Origin: Clostridia bacterium
Lineage (GTDB): Bacteria; Bacillota; Clostridia; Oscillospirales; CAG-382
Reading direction: 5' to 3'
DNA length: 64,000 nt
Assembly: GCA_017397955.1 (NCBI GenBank)
Contig: JAFQHL010000045.1
Location: 104,764-168,763, forward strand
Shown: positions 30,016 through 38,585 of the stretch, in pieces
Numbering within the stretch: the stretch's first letter is position 1
Layout of the letters: every line of letters begins with the position of its first letter
Made by a program: the position numbers and the translations under genes
The notes under the pieces: model-generated
The model's database searches: none
The model's input: the letters and a program-made list of their open reading frames with translations, nothing else
What the model was told of the DNA's origin: nothing

Positions 30016-30238
30016 CACTTGTGAGGTTAATGTCAAAAATGCTTTCCAAAAGTGTACTTATTCAATTGAATAAAGAAGAACTTACAAACATTCACGCATC
30101 TACAAAAAAGGCGGAAAAAGATTTAGGAAATTTAGAAATAGTCGATAAAACCTATTGCATTTTCACTCAATTTATGTTATAATTGTTATGCGGATAGTAA
30201 CATTTGAAATCCGACACTTTATAATTGGAGGTGGCATC

Positions 30239-30343
30239 ATGAATATTCGTATCAACAAACTGTCTGATTTTATGCGAAATCATATTTTGTACCGCTCCCG
30301 GTTATGGGGAGGACAAAGTAAACGTCTTAAGATGAGCGCATAA
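30239..30343 (+). CDS. candidate 34-aa small ORF
   Basis: GGAGGTGG RBS 7 nt before the ATG. The ORF (MNIRINKLSDFMRNHILYRSRLWGGQSKRLKMSA) is followed by the AGCGCATAAG...CTTATGCGCT stem and TTTTT. Confidence 0.3.
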   Translation: MNIRINKLSDFMRNHILYRSRLWGGQSKRLKMSA

Positions 30344-30446
30344 GTCGGACGATTGATAGTAATTGTCTGCTTATGCGCTTTTTGACTTTATAAGATAATA
30401 TCAACTTAAAAATTTCAAAATCTTTATTAAGGAGAAAGGATTAGTT

Positions 30447-32354
30447 ATGTTCAAGAGAGTAATATCTGTCATTTTGACATTAGTACTTTTGTCTTGTCCG
30501 TTAACGGCGAACGGTGCTACTATTGAAGCAATCGGCACTAATCAGTTTGCATTAACGATTGTTGATGGCGACACGACAAATAAAGATATGTCGGGAATTG
30601 AAATTGATGTATATTCATCAGTTCTATCTTCGTATGATCCTACTTCAGAGGTATCTGAATATACTCACACCTATGCTTTTTCTGTAAATACAGATTCGAG
30701 AGGCAAGGTGAATTTCACTCGTCCATCTGGAAATTTTTTGATCATGATAGATTTGGCGACATTGCCAAAAAATACGGGAATTGATGTCCAAACAAAATTT
30801 TATAGAAATAACATTCACGATGATGTTTTGTATGTGACAGAGATCGATGATGTTGTTTTAGAATTGAACGAGATGGCTGAAAATGGAGTTTCTGTTATAG
30901 CGCTTGATAAGCAAGATGATGTGATAAATGCCCATTATACCATAGAAGAAACTACTGAAAAACTTTCCACCGCATCTTTGCTATATTCATCTTCGCAAAT
31001 CCTGTCGGGCAAAGTGTACATTGGGGACTTCGTAGAATCTTACAGTTATGAAGTAGAATACGACGATGAACAAAAGATGTCAATAGTCGAAACCGCTATT
31101 AAAAAGAATAGTATTACTAAAACCGAAGCACTAAATTATTATATTGACTATTTTGAAGAGCATGGAAGAAGTCCGGAATTATACGAAAGGGTTTCATCGT
31201 TAACCTCCGATTCTGCTTGGTTTGAAACACTTTCTTCTGCTCAACAGAGTGATGTTAATGTAATATTGTCTGCTCCGTCGTATAACAAAGAGTATGAAGT
31301 AGGCAATTTTATAATTCGCTATAATTCATCATCCTCTACTGTTCCGACATATATTCAATCCGTTATGACGGCGCTTCAAGCTTCAGACTCAAGTTTGGTT
31401 ACTGGGTTATCACTTAATAGACCCAAATCAAATTGGCTTGGAACTGCGAAATATCATATCTATGTTACAAGTGACTATTCCAGCTCTGCTGCGTATACTC
31501 AACCAGAAACTCATTTAGGAATTCGAACCTCATACATTGTAATTCCTAACATAACCGATTTGACACAAAGTTTGGACGATTTTATGCAAGGCACTGTAGC
31601 ACACGAGTATCTGCATGCAATAACACATGATTATCGGAGCTCAGGCGAATTACCATCTTGGTTTAAAGAAGCATGGGCAGACTGGGCGGCAGTGCGAGTA
31701 TTTGGGATTGATGCAACAGATACATGGAGAGTTAACAACTACCTTAACAATACATGGAAATCATTGACAAGCAATGAAATTACTTACGGTAAGTTCTTAT
31801 ATCCGCTTTATATAAGACAAGTACACGGTGGCGATACTACTGTAGCAAATGTTATCAAAAATTTGTCATCGACCGCTGATGTTAAGACAGCTATAACTAA
31901 TGCATTACCCGGTAGCAATACTTTTGACTCGATCTTTCCCGCATATATGCGATTTAATTATGCTCCTAAAACATTTTATTCAACGAATTTATCTGGCTGG
32001 AGCGATCGACCATTTTTGTCGTCTGATTATCCATTAGACGGATATCCCAATAATGCTGGAGTATGGAACGTTAACCCATATGCAGCTCATTATAGGGAAT
32101 TTGCTGTGCCAACAGGAAGCACATATCACTTGGATATAACCATAAATTTGACGGAAAGTTCATCTACTTTTTCTGGCAAACTGCTTATGAATGGTTCTTC
32201 CGGCGTAATAACCAATTGGAACTTTACCGTTTCTGGAACACTTGTTACATATTCAACAAATATCGGTGCATCTTATGTCAAAGGTGGTTTAATGCTTGTT
32301 GATTCTGGCAACGATGACGTTACGGGTTACAGAATAACTATTACAAGAAGTTAA
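30447..32354 (+). CDS. secreted protein with HExxH zinc-metalloprotease motif (gluzincin-like)
   Basis: Signal peptide (MFKRVISVILTLVLLSCPLTANGA). VAHEYLHAITHDY, with downstream acidic residues (GELPSWFKEAWADW) as candidate third ligand. AT-rich codon usage. Confidence 0.6.
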   Translation: MFKRVISVILTLVLLSCPLTANGATIEAIGTNQFALTIVDGDTTNKDMSGIEIDVYSSVLSSYDPTSEVSEYTHTYAFSVNTDSRGKVNFTRPSGNFLIMIDLATLPKNTGIDVQTKFYRNNIHDDVLYVTEIDDVVLELNEMAENGVSVIALDKQDDVINAHYTIEETTEKLSTASLLYSSSQILSGKVYIGDFVESYSYEVEYDDEQKMSIVETAIKKNSITKTEALNYYIDYFEEHGRSPELYERVSSLTSDSAWFETLSSAQQSDVNVILSAPSYNKEYEVGNFIIRYNSSSSTVPTYIQSVMTALQASDSSLVTGLSLNRPKSNWLGTAKYHIYVTSDYSSSAAYTQPETHLGIRTSYIVIPNITDLTQSLDDFMQGTVAHEYLHAITHDYRSSGELPSWFKEAWADWAAVRVFGIDATDTWRVNNYLNNTWKSLTSNEITYGKFLYPLYIRQVHGGDTTVANVIKNLSSTADVKTAITNALPGSNTFDSIFPAYMRFNYAPKTFYSTNLSGWSDRPFLSSDYPLDGYPNNAGVWNVNPYAAHYREFAVPTGSTYHLDITINLTESSSTFSGKLLMNGSSGVITNWNFTVSGTLVTYSTNIGASYVKGGLMLVDSGNDDVTGYRITITRS

Positions 32355-32505
32355 GTTAAATGACCAATGGGGTGATTGTTTTGTGTAAAAATAAAACAAT
32401 TGCCCCTACTTTTTTATGAAAACGAGACGGAATTTGTAACCTTCACCTATTATTTTTCGCTATAGAAGGTGAAAGCACATAGATAAGTAAAAAAGGGGGG
32501 GCAAT

Positions 32506-33069
32506 GTGTTGGATGATAAACAAATTGTGAATCTGTACTTCGAGCGCAATGAAGAAGGAATAAGACAGACATCGCTCAAGTATGGTATTCGACTACGTAA
32601 CATCGCAAATGGGATCTTGAATAATTACGAAGAAGCTGAGGAGTGTGAAAATGATACCTACATACAAGCTTGGAATTTAATTCCACCCAATGATCCGAGC
32701 GAATATTTTTTTCCTTTCTTGGCAAAAACCATTAGACATATTTGCTTGGATATATGTAAAAAAAGACAGTCAAAGAAAAGATATGTTCAATATGTTGAAC
32801 TGTCAAAAGAGCTCGAAGAGTGTCTATCGTCTCCGAATGATGTAGAGGAATACATCGATTACATTGAATTGTGCAAAGTAATCAGTGACTTTCTAAACAT
32901 TCAAACAGATGAAAAAAAATTTATTTTTCTCAGACGATATTGGTTTTTTGATAATATTTGTGAGATTGCAAAAAAGGCAGAGATATCCGAAAGCAAAGTA
33001 AAAACTACTTTACATCGATTAAGAAATGAATTAAAGATTTATCTACAAGAGGAGGGGTACGTATTATGA
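32506..33069 (+). CDS. ECF-type sigma factor (paralog of 28812-29372)
   Basis: The N-terminus aligns with the other ECF sigma (MLDDKQIVNLYFERNEEGIRQ...EEAEECENDTYIQAWNLIPPNDP versus MNDDKIVELYLLRNEKAIKA...EDAEECVNEAYLNTWNCIPPQRP). Region 4 HTH at the C-terminus. Confidence 0.85.
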   Translation: MLDDKQIVNLYFERNEEGIRQTSLKYGIRLRNIANGILNNYEEAEECENDTYIQAWNLIPPNDPSEYFFPFLAKTIRHICLDICKKRQSKKRYVQYVELSKELEECLSSPNDVEEYIDYIELCKVISDFLNIQTDEKKFIFLRRYWFFDNICEIAKKAEISESKVKTTLHRLRNELKIYLQEEGYVL

Positions 33070-33785
33070 AAGGTGATAAATTGTTGGTAGGAATGACTCA
33101 CATAGACAATAATCTGATTGATTTTGCTGAGTCATATAAAATGAGAAAAAGAATAAGTTATAAAACAATTCTATCGATAGCTGCTTCATTTTGTCTTGTT
33201 ATGAGCATAGTCATTATTTTTGCAACCAATTTTCAGAACGCCAAATATGAATATGGCGAAGACGGCAAAATCAATATTTCATCGATACCTGGCGCTATTC
33301 AAATTAACACTTCCAACAAAGTGTTTTTAGCAGACAATGGGAATATTTATCCGCCAGAAGAATTTATTGATGTGCATAAAAATAACGGTAGCACCATTGT
33401 CTATGGCTCAGTAAAAAATGTGAAAACCGTAAGCATTACTGATGGCGATTTGATTTGGTATATTACCACATTTGAGATTGATGTAATTGATGCCATCAAA
33501 AAAGTTGATAAGTCTTCTACAGTAAAAGCAACTTCTATAAGCTGTTATGAAAAAGGCAACCCCAATTTTATTGGCAGTCTCTCAAGTAACATAAAGATTG
33601 ATAAAAACACTACAGGTCTATTTCTTCTAAAGAACTCACCAGCCGATAAATATGAGATTAACGGAGAAAAGTATTCCGCAGATCAGTTCGCGAGTTATTA
33701 TGCTATGAGTCAGTACGATTGTGATGGAAAAAATTTTGATTATTATGGCACAACCATTGAAGTGGATAAACTTAGATCTCCATGA
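33066..33785 (+). CDS. putative anti-sigma factor (single-pass membrane protein)
   Basis: 4-nt overlap with the sigma gene; one TM segment (ILSIAASFCLVMSIVIIFA). Confidence 0.55.
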   Translation: MKGDKLLVGMTHIDNNLIDFAESYKMRKRISYKTILSIAASFCLVMSIVIIFATNFQNAKYEYGEDGKINISSIPGAIQINTSNKVFLADNGNIYPPEEFIDVHKNNGSTIVYGSVKNVKTVSITDGDLIWYITTFEIDVIDAIKKVDKSSTVKATSISCYEKGNPNFIGSLSSNIKIDKNTTGLFLLKNSPADKYEINGEKYSADQFASYYAMSQYDCDGKNFDYYGTTIEVDKLRSP

Positions 33786-34051
33786 CTTCACGCTCGAATT
33801 ATTAGCCTATCTTACTGAGTGATTAGTTAGCGTTTAGGAATTATGCTACTTAACCGCCTTATCTATCACAAAAAATTCTTGAAATCTTTGGTATTCGTTG
33901 AAGTATGAAGTTTTTATTTTGCTCTTTCGCGCTTATCTGTGTAGTAGCTGTGCTCTACAAGTAAAGTGATATTGCAGATTATATTACTGCTCCTATCATT
34001 CACAACGATCTGTGTGACGAAACAGCAGAAAAGTTAGCGAACAAATAATAT

Positions 34052-34079
34052 GACCCTCGTGCCAACTTGCACGAGGGTC
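34052..34079 (-). terminator. terminator after relaxase gene
   Basis: GACCCTCGTGC-CAACTT-GCACGAGGGTC 11-bp stem immediately 3' of the mobA stop. Confidence 0.65.
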
Positions 34080-34085
34080 TCTCTA

Positions 34086-35450
34086 TTATCTCTCATCACG
34101 ATCATCTTTCTTTTTCCTTCCTCTGATCCAACTCGGTGTAGGAACAGTTTGCTTATTAGGTTCTTGCTTTTCAATATTCGCAGGCTGTTCACCAAGCCGC
34201 TTGGCAACTGCATTTTTGCTTGCGCGGAAAAAGGCATCTTCGCAATAGCCGTAGATATCGGATATGCGCTTCTTCGCCGTTTCTTCTTTCTGCGGACGGA
34301 TGCCCATACGCTTCTCGTTTAGCTTTTCTTGGTCAAGGTCTGCCGCTTTTGCTTGCAGTGCGCGGTAGCTCTGCATCTGCTTCTGAATAGCGTTCTCGTC
34401 GGGATAGCCGTTGAGACGGTCATATTCAAGAGCAAGCATATTCACGCGCACTTCCTCCATTTCGTCGGCAATGCGGTCAACAATGGCAAATATGCTCTTG
34501 ACGAGATACTTGATAGCCTCCATAATATTCCGCAAGAAGCTGTTGTCCTTCCGTATCTGCCGGTTGATCTCACGGCGCTCGGATATAAAGCCCTTGCGTT
34601 CCATTGCGATGGCAATAACGCCTTCGTGAATGGTCGGTTGTTCGATCTGCCCCCGATCTTTATGACTTCGGTGGTCGATGCGCTCTTCAAGCTCACATCC
34701 CTCAAGCTCGCGGTTGACGTAACGCGCCCACATCTTTCTCCAATACAAAATCTGTTCTTCGCTGTTCCATTGCTCGGAGATAGGGTTCTGTCTGCCGTAC
34801 TTACTGCTCTTGGGATATTTGTTCACACGCTCCAAGCCTTCCGCTTTTGATGGCGGGAGGTATTCTTTTTTCTTGCCGATCTTGTAAAGGTATTGTTTCT
34901 CCCAACCGTCCTTTTGTGCTTGTAAAAACTCCGCCGCCGTAAAGCCACGCTCCTCTCCGTTACGAACACAGAGATATTCCTTTTCGGTCTTGTGCTGCCA
35001 AGTACCGTCCTTATTCAGCGGTCGCACCGTCAGCATAATATGCGCGTGAGGATTATGACCATCGGTATCGTGATAACAGACGTGAGCGCACATACCTTTG
35101 GCGACGCACTCCTTTTCAACGAAGTATTGTAGTAAGAACTCATTGGTTTCTTGTGACAACTCTTTCGGGAGGGCAACGATCAACTCCCGCGCCAAGCGGC
35201 TGTCCTTGGATTTCTCACTTGCTTCAACGGCGTTCCATAACACACTTCTGTCTGCCCATTCCTTTGGAGCGTTCTCGGGAAGGAATATCTGCTCCCACAC
35301 AAGACCTCGCTTTCGGGTGTAATCGTGGGTAATGCCGTCGTAATCGTTATAGATACGGGAACAGCTCATATAGGCGGCTGCCGCCACCGCAGAGCGTCCC
35401 GTACCTCTTGTGATGACTTTTGCTTCAAGATGGTATATGGCGATAGGCAA
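34086..35450 (-). CDS. MobA/MobL-family (MOBQ) relaxase
   Basis: MPIAIYHLEAKVITRGTGRSAVAAAAYMS (catalytic Tyr region) and HNPHAHIMLTVRP (HxH metal motif). Confidence 0.9.
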   Translation of the reverse strand: MPIAIYHLEAKVITRGTGRSAVAAAAYMSCSRIYNDYDGITHDYTRKRGLVWEQIFLPENAPKEWADRSVLWNAVEASEKSKDSRLARELIVALPKELSQETNEFLLQYFVEKECVAKGMCAHVCYHDTDGHNPHAHIMLTVRPLNKDGTWQHKTEKEYLCVRNGEERGFTAAEFLQAQKDGWEKQYLYKIGKKKEYLPPSKAEGLERVNKYPKSSKYGRQNPISEQWNSEEQILYWRKMWARYVNRELEGCELEERIDHRSHKDRGQIEQPTIHEGVIAIAMERKGFISERREINRQIRKDNSFLRNIMEAIKYLVKSIFAIVDRIADEMEEVRVNMLALEYDRLNGYPDENAIQKQMQSYRALQAKAADLDQEKLNEKRMGIRPQKEETAKKRISDIYGYCEDAFFRASKNAVAKRLGEQPANIEKQEPNKQTVPTPSWIRGRKKKDDRDER

Positions 35451-35768
35451 TCACCTCTTTTCAGCGCGATAGGATTTCTGTCTGCAACCATTAGAGCAAT
35501 ACTGCGCGTCGGTGCGCTTGGAAGAAAAGATCTTTCCGCAGACCTTGCAGATATGCTCCGAGTGATGCGCTAACTTTCTTTCCTCTGTCCGTTTGCGCTC
35601 GGCTTCGGCACAACAAGCATCACTGCAATATTTACGGAAATTACAGATCGTGTAATATTCCTTGCCGCATTCAAGGCAGACGTGCTTGCGGACGGTGTAC
35701 CACTTCTTGTCCTCATACCTTGCCCTCAAAAAATCTTGGTTCTCATATTCCCACTGTGCATTTGACAT
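35451..35768 (-). CDS. cysteine-rich double zinc-ribbon protein (relaxase-coupled)
   Basis: Two C-x2-C-G...(K/Q)YCS-x2-C modules. The stop abuts the mobA ATG. The start is set at MSNAQWEY after AAGGAG. Paralog of 38112-38522. Confidence 0.65.
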   Translation of the reverse strand: MSNAQWEYENQDFLRARYEDKKWYTVRKHVCLECGKEYYTICNFRKYCSDACCAEAERKRTEERKLAHHSEHICKVCGKIFSSKRTDAQYCSNGCRQKSYRAEKR

Positions 35769-35862
35769 ACTACTTGCTCCTTTCTTGTGTAACGATTGTA
35801 AAGATATTGGCGCGTCGCGACGACACATAACCTCGTAGAGCGCACGTCTGCCGCAGGCAGTA

Positions 35863-35899
35863 CACCGCCGACTTTGTCGGTGGTGAGTAAGTGCGCCCT
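35863..35899 (+). promoter_or_regulatory. oriT (MOBQ/RSF1010-type): inverted repeat plus nick-region consensus
   Basis: CACCGCCGAC-TTT-GTCGGTGGTG (35863-35885) is followed by AG-TAAGTGCGCCCT (35888-35899). This matches the R1162/RSF1010 arrangement (IR followed by TAAGTGCGCCCT) as I recall it. A degenerate second copy AGTAAGCGCCCC lies at 35911-35922. Confidence 0.7.
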
Positions 35900-35945
35900 T
35901 CGGGAAAGAAAGTAAGCGCCCCGGTCTCCCGAGACGCTTTTTCCG

Positions 35946-36155
35946 TTATTCTGCTTTCTTGGATATAGCGCATAGCCGGTTCTCCAATTCCTCAAGATCG
36001 GCTACATTTTTTACCCAAGGAAAGACTTTTTCAAGAATCGCGCCCTCTTGAATGAGCCGCCTTGTACGCGCTTTTTGTTCTTTGGAGCGATTTCTCATCT
36101 GTGCTTGCTCCAAGCGGTGTTGCTCTTGAATGAGCTTTTTCTGTTCGTCTAACAT
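35946..36155 (-). CDS. DUF3847 protein (relaxase-associated coiled-coil)
   Basis: MLDEQKKLIQEQHRLEQAQMRNRSKEQKARTRRLIQEGAILEKVF. The start is set after GGAGGAA. DUF3847 plus MobA/MobL adjacency is common in Firmicute mobilizable elements. Confidence 0.7.
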   Translation of the reverse strand: MLDEQKKLIQEQHRLEQAQMRNRSKEQKARTRRLIQEGAILEKVFPWVKNVADLEELENRLCAISKKAE

Positions 36156-36256
36156 TTTTACGTTTCCTCCGTGATTGCATTTTTCATAGGTTTTGATATC
36201 ATCGTTCGCTCCGCATTCGGTCTTTGTGATTGCAAAAACGCCCTTTTTTGATATCA

Positions 36257-36583
36257 TCAAAAGGATTTCAAAAATCCCAAAAGGACTTGATCATCTACGT
36301 TTTCTTCCTCATCCATACTGGCAGGAGAGACGGGAGTGGCATACTGTAATGCCGAAAGTATTCTTTCAACAAAAGCATCCTCTTTCTCCCGTGTCTCAAA
36401 ATACGGATCGTTTTCAAGCCTTGCCTTGCGCTCATAAAAATCATTGACCGCCCGAGACACAAGCGCAGCGTATGAGCTGTATTTCGAACGGTCACGGTTT
36501 TGAAGATAATCGTAGGCTTTTCTTTCTTCCTCGTTGGCAAGATCAAAACGTAGGCAAAGCGGCTTTATATCTTGCTTTGCCAT
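36257..36583 (-). CDS. putative ParR-like partition adaptor
   Basis: The 108-aa gene is translationally coupled to parM-like (TGATG overlap), in the position of parR in parMRC loci. No motif-level support. Confidence 0.4.
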   Translation of the reverse strand: MAKQDIKPLCLRFDLANEEERKAYDYLQNRDRSKYSSYAALVSRAVNDFYERKARLENDPYFETREKEDAFVERILSALQYATPVSPASMDEEENVDDQVLLGFLKSF

Positions 36584-37521
36584 CAGAGCTTACCGCCGTT
36601 CTGCTTCATTTTCAGTTTGGTCAAGAACTCATATCCCTTTGCCGTGGCGCAAATATCATCCTTTATAACCACTCGATTGGGATCGTACTGACCGAAATTC
36701 TTTATCAGACAACCACCGCCGCCTACAACGTAGAGCTTCATAAGGTCGGGGTTATATTCGTGCTCTCGGAGCTTGCGGAAGATGCCCTCAACATATTCAA
36801 TGGCAACGCTGCGAATGACCATCAAATATTTCTCGGCAATATCAAGAGTGCCAAAGCGAAGGACACCCTCGATGATCGTATCATCGGGAACAGAACCAAA
36901 GCGGCGCATAAGCTGTTCGCGGATGTTCAGTACACATTGATGTGTGCCGTATTTCTCGGTAAACATCTTTTCGACTATCGGGCGGTGATCGTTGATATAC
37001 ATTACGTTCATTGTTCCGTTGCCGATGTCACAGATCATATTCACACCGCGAAACTCGCCCATTTGGTTGGTAACTGCCGCGAAGCCCTGCGGTAAAATAT
37101 CAGCACCTACGAAGTCCACGTGAAAAGTTCTTTTCTTAAAAACAAAATCCACGTGAGGCTCTCGGAGAAGATAAGCCTTGAACTCGTCCTTTTGCTCACT
37201 TACCCAAGTCAGAGGAAGTCCCGCAGCAAGATAGACCGACGCGCTCTCCAAGTTCCTTGCATAAAGCTCACGGGCAACAGCGGCAAGGGTGAGGATATAA
37301 TAGTCATCGTCGTTCTGCTTCTCGGGAATAAACTCCTTGTGTCCCTCCCCGATGATATAATACCGCCCGTTATAGACAAGCATATTGCTTGTAAAGGTCG
37401 GCTCGGTGTCATAGGCTTTCACGCTTGTGCGGAAACAAGCGGATGCAGTTTTGATGTTCCCATAGCCGTGGTCGATGCCGATCACGATGGGCGTCCCGGA
37501 TTGATTTTTGTTTACGTTCAT
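36583..37521 (-). CDS. ParM/StbA-family actin-like segregation ATPase
   Basis: Actin-fold motifs are present: IVIGIDHGYGNIKT (phosphate 1), MICDIGNGTMNV (phosphate 2), LYVVGGGG (adenosine). Confidence 0.8.
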   Translation of the reverse strand: MNVNKNQSGTPIVIGIDHGYGNIKTASACFRTSVKAYDTEPTFTSNMLVYNGRYYIIGEGHKEFIPEKQNDDDYYILTLAAVARELYARNLESASVYLAAGLPLTWVSEQKDEFKAYLLREPHVDFVFKKRTFHVDFVGADILPQGFAAVTNQMGEFRGVNMICDIGNGTMNVMYINDHRPIVEKMFTEKYGTHQCVLNIREQLMRRFGSVPDDTIIEGVLRFGTLDIAEKYLMVIRSVAIEYVEGIFRKLREHEYNPDLMKLYVVGGGGCLIKNFGQYDPNRVVIKDDICATAKGYEFLTKLKMKQNGGKL

Positions 37522-37645
37522 AATGATTTCTCCTTTTTCTTTTTACGGGGCATTATTTGTCCCTCTTAATCTTTAATTATCCCTTGCATAACATTTCAAG
37601 GGCTTTTTGTGATATAATTGTAAAAACAATTATGGGGGTATTAGA

Positions 37646-37987
37646 ATGGCGAACACGAATGACTATTTAGACCACTTGTTGAAAGGTTTGAACTATCAAA
37701 AGCAGATCGTAATAAAACAACTCGACAAAATAGATATTGCACCACCCGATGCTTTGACGCTATTTGAAGAATGGCAACAACAAATTATAGAATACGCAAT
37801 CGCCAATCCGCCGGTCTATTATCTAAAGTCACTCATTCTTCTTCAAGATACAAACCAACACATTCAAAGCATTTCATACTCCTACTGCAATGAATTTGAA
37901 TATACAGATTATGTGTCTGCTTCGATTTGTTGGAATGAAGAAGATTATAATAGCCTAACCCGATCTAAATCAGTGGTCAAAATTTGA
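37646..37987 (+). CDS. hypothetical protein
   Basis: 113-aa ORF divergent from parM-like; no family recognised. Confidence 0.4.
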   Translation: MANTNDYLDHLLKGLNYQKQIVIKQLDKIDIAPPDALTLFEEWQQQIIEYAIANPPVYYLKSLILLQDTNQHIQSISYSYCNEFEYTDYVSASICWNEEDYNSLTRSKSVVKI

Positions 37988-38111
37988 CCACTGATCCGTA
38001 ATTTTCAGTGGGCGAATTTCGCCCGTTGATTTCAAAGTGTCAAAATGACCCTTTGCTCCTTGATTTCATCGGGTGTTTTCCGCCCGATGATTTTTACATA
38101 AGAAAAGCGAC

Positions 38112-38522
38112 CTATGATCTCTCACGAGTCGCAATCCTTTTCTGTTCCGTTACGGATAAGCAAGTGTTCTTTGTGACTACTTGGTTATCCGTAACACTTT
38201 TACGGTATGCTTTCTGTCTGCAAGCGTTGGAGCAATAAACACCGTCCGATCTTGTCGGCGTAAAGACCTTGCCGCAGACCTTACAAACGCGGTCTTTCCG
38301 CGCTTCACGCGCCCGCTCTGATAATTCCTTGCGATAGCCGCGATTTCCACACAGATGGTAAAGACAATACTTTTTTGTACTGATCTGCGTGTAAAACTCT
38401 CTGCCGCAGCCCTTGCAGATGATCTTTCTGACCGCTAAATTCGGCTTTTTACCCGATATTTTCTCTTGATACCAAGCCTTCAGCGTCTCTTGGTTTTGGT
38501 ATTCCCATTCGCTGTTTCCCAT
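38112..38522 (-). CDS. cysteine-rich double zinc-ribbon protein (paralog of 35451-35768)
   Basis: MGNSEWEYQNQETLKAWY..., CKGCGREF...KKYC and CKVCGKVF...VYCSNACRQKAYR. Same architecture as the relaxase-coupled copy. Confidence 0.65.
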   Translation of the reverse strand: MGNSEWEYQNQETLKAWYQEKISGKKPNLAVRKIICKGCGREFYTQISTKKYCLYHLCGNRGYRKELSERAREARKDRVCKVCGKVFTPTRSDGVYCSNACRQKAYRKSVTDNQVVTKNTCLSVTEQKRIATRERS

Positions 38523-38545
38523 TTTAATTTCACCTCCAATCAGAA

Positions 38546-38585
38546 AAGCGACCTGCCTTTTACAGCAGATCGCTTGATTTGTTTA
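38546..38585 (-). repeat. 40-bp perfect direct repeat (copy 1) containing a terminator hairpin
   Basis: AAGCGACCTGCCTTTTACAGCAGATCGCTTGATTTGTTTA is identical to 40406-40445. The hairpin AAGCGA.CTGC/GCAG.TCGCTT is followed by T-rich sequence on the minus strand and sits directly after the AbiEii stop. Confidence 0.85.
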
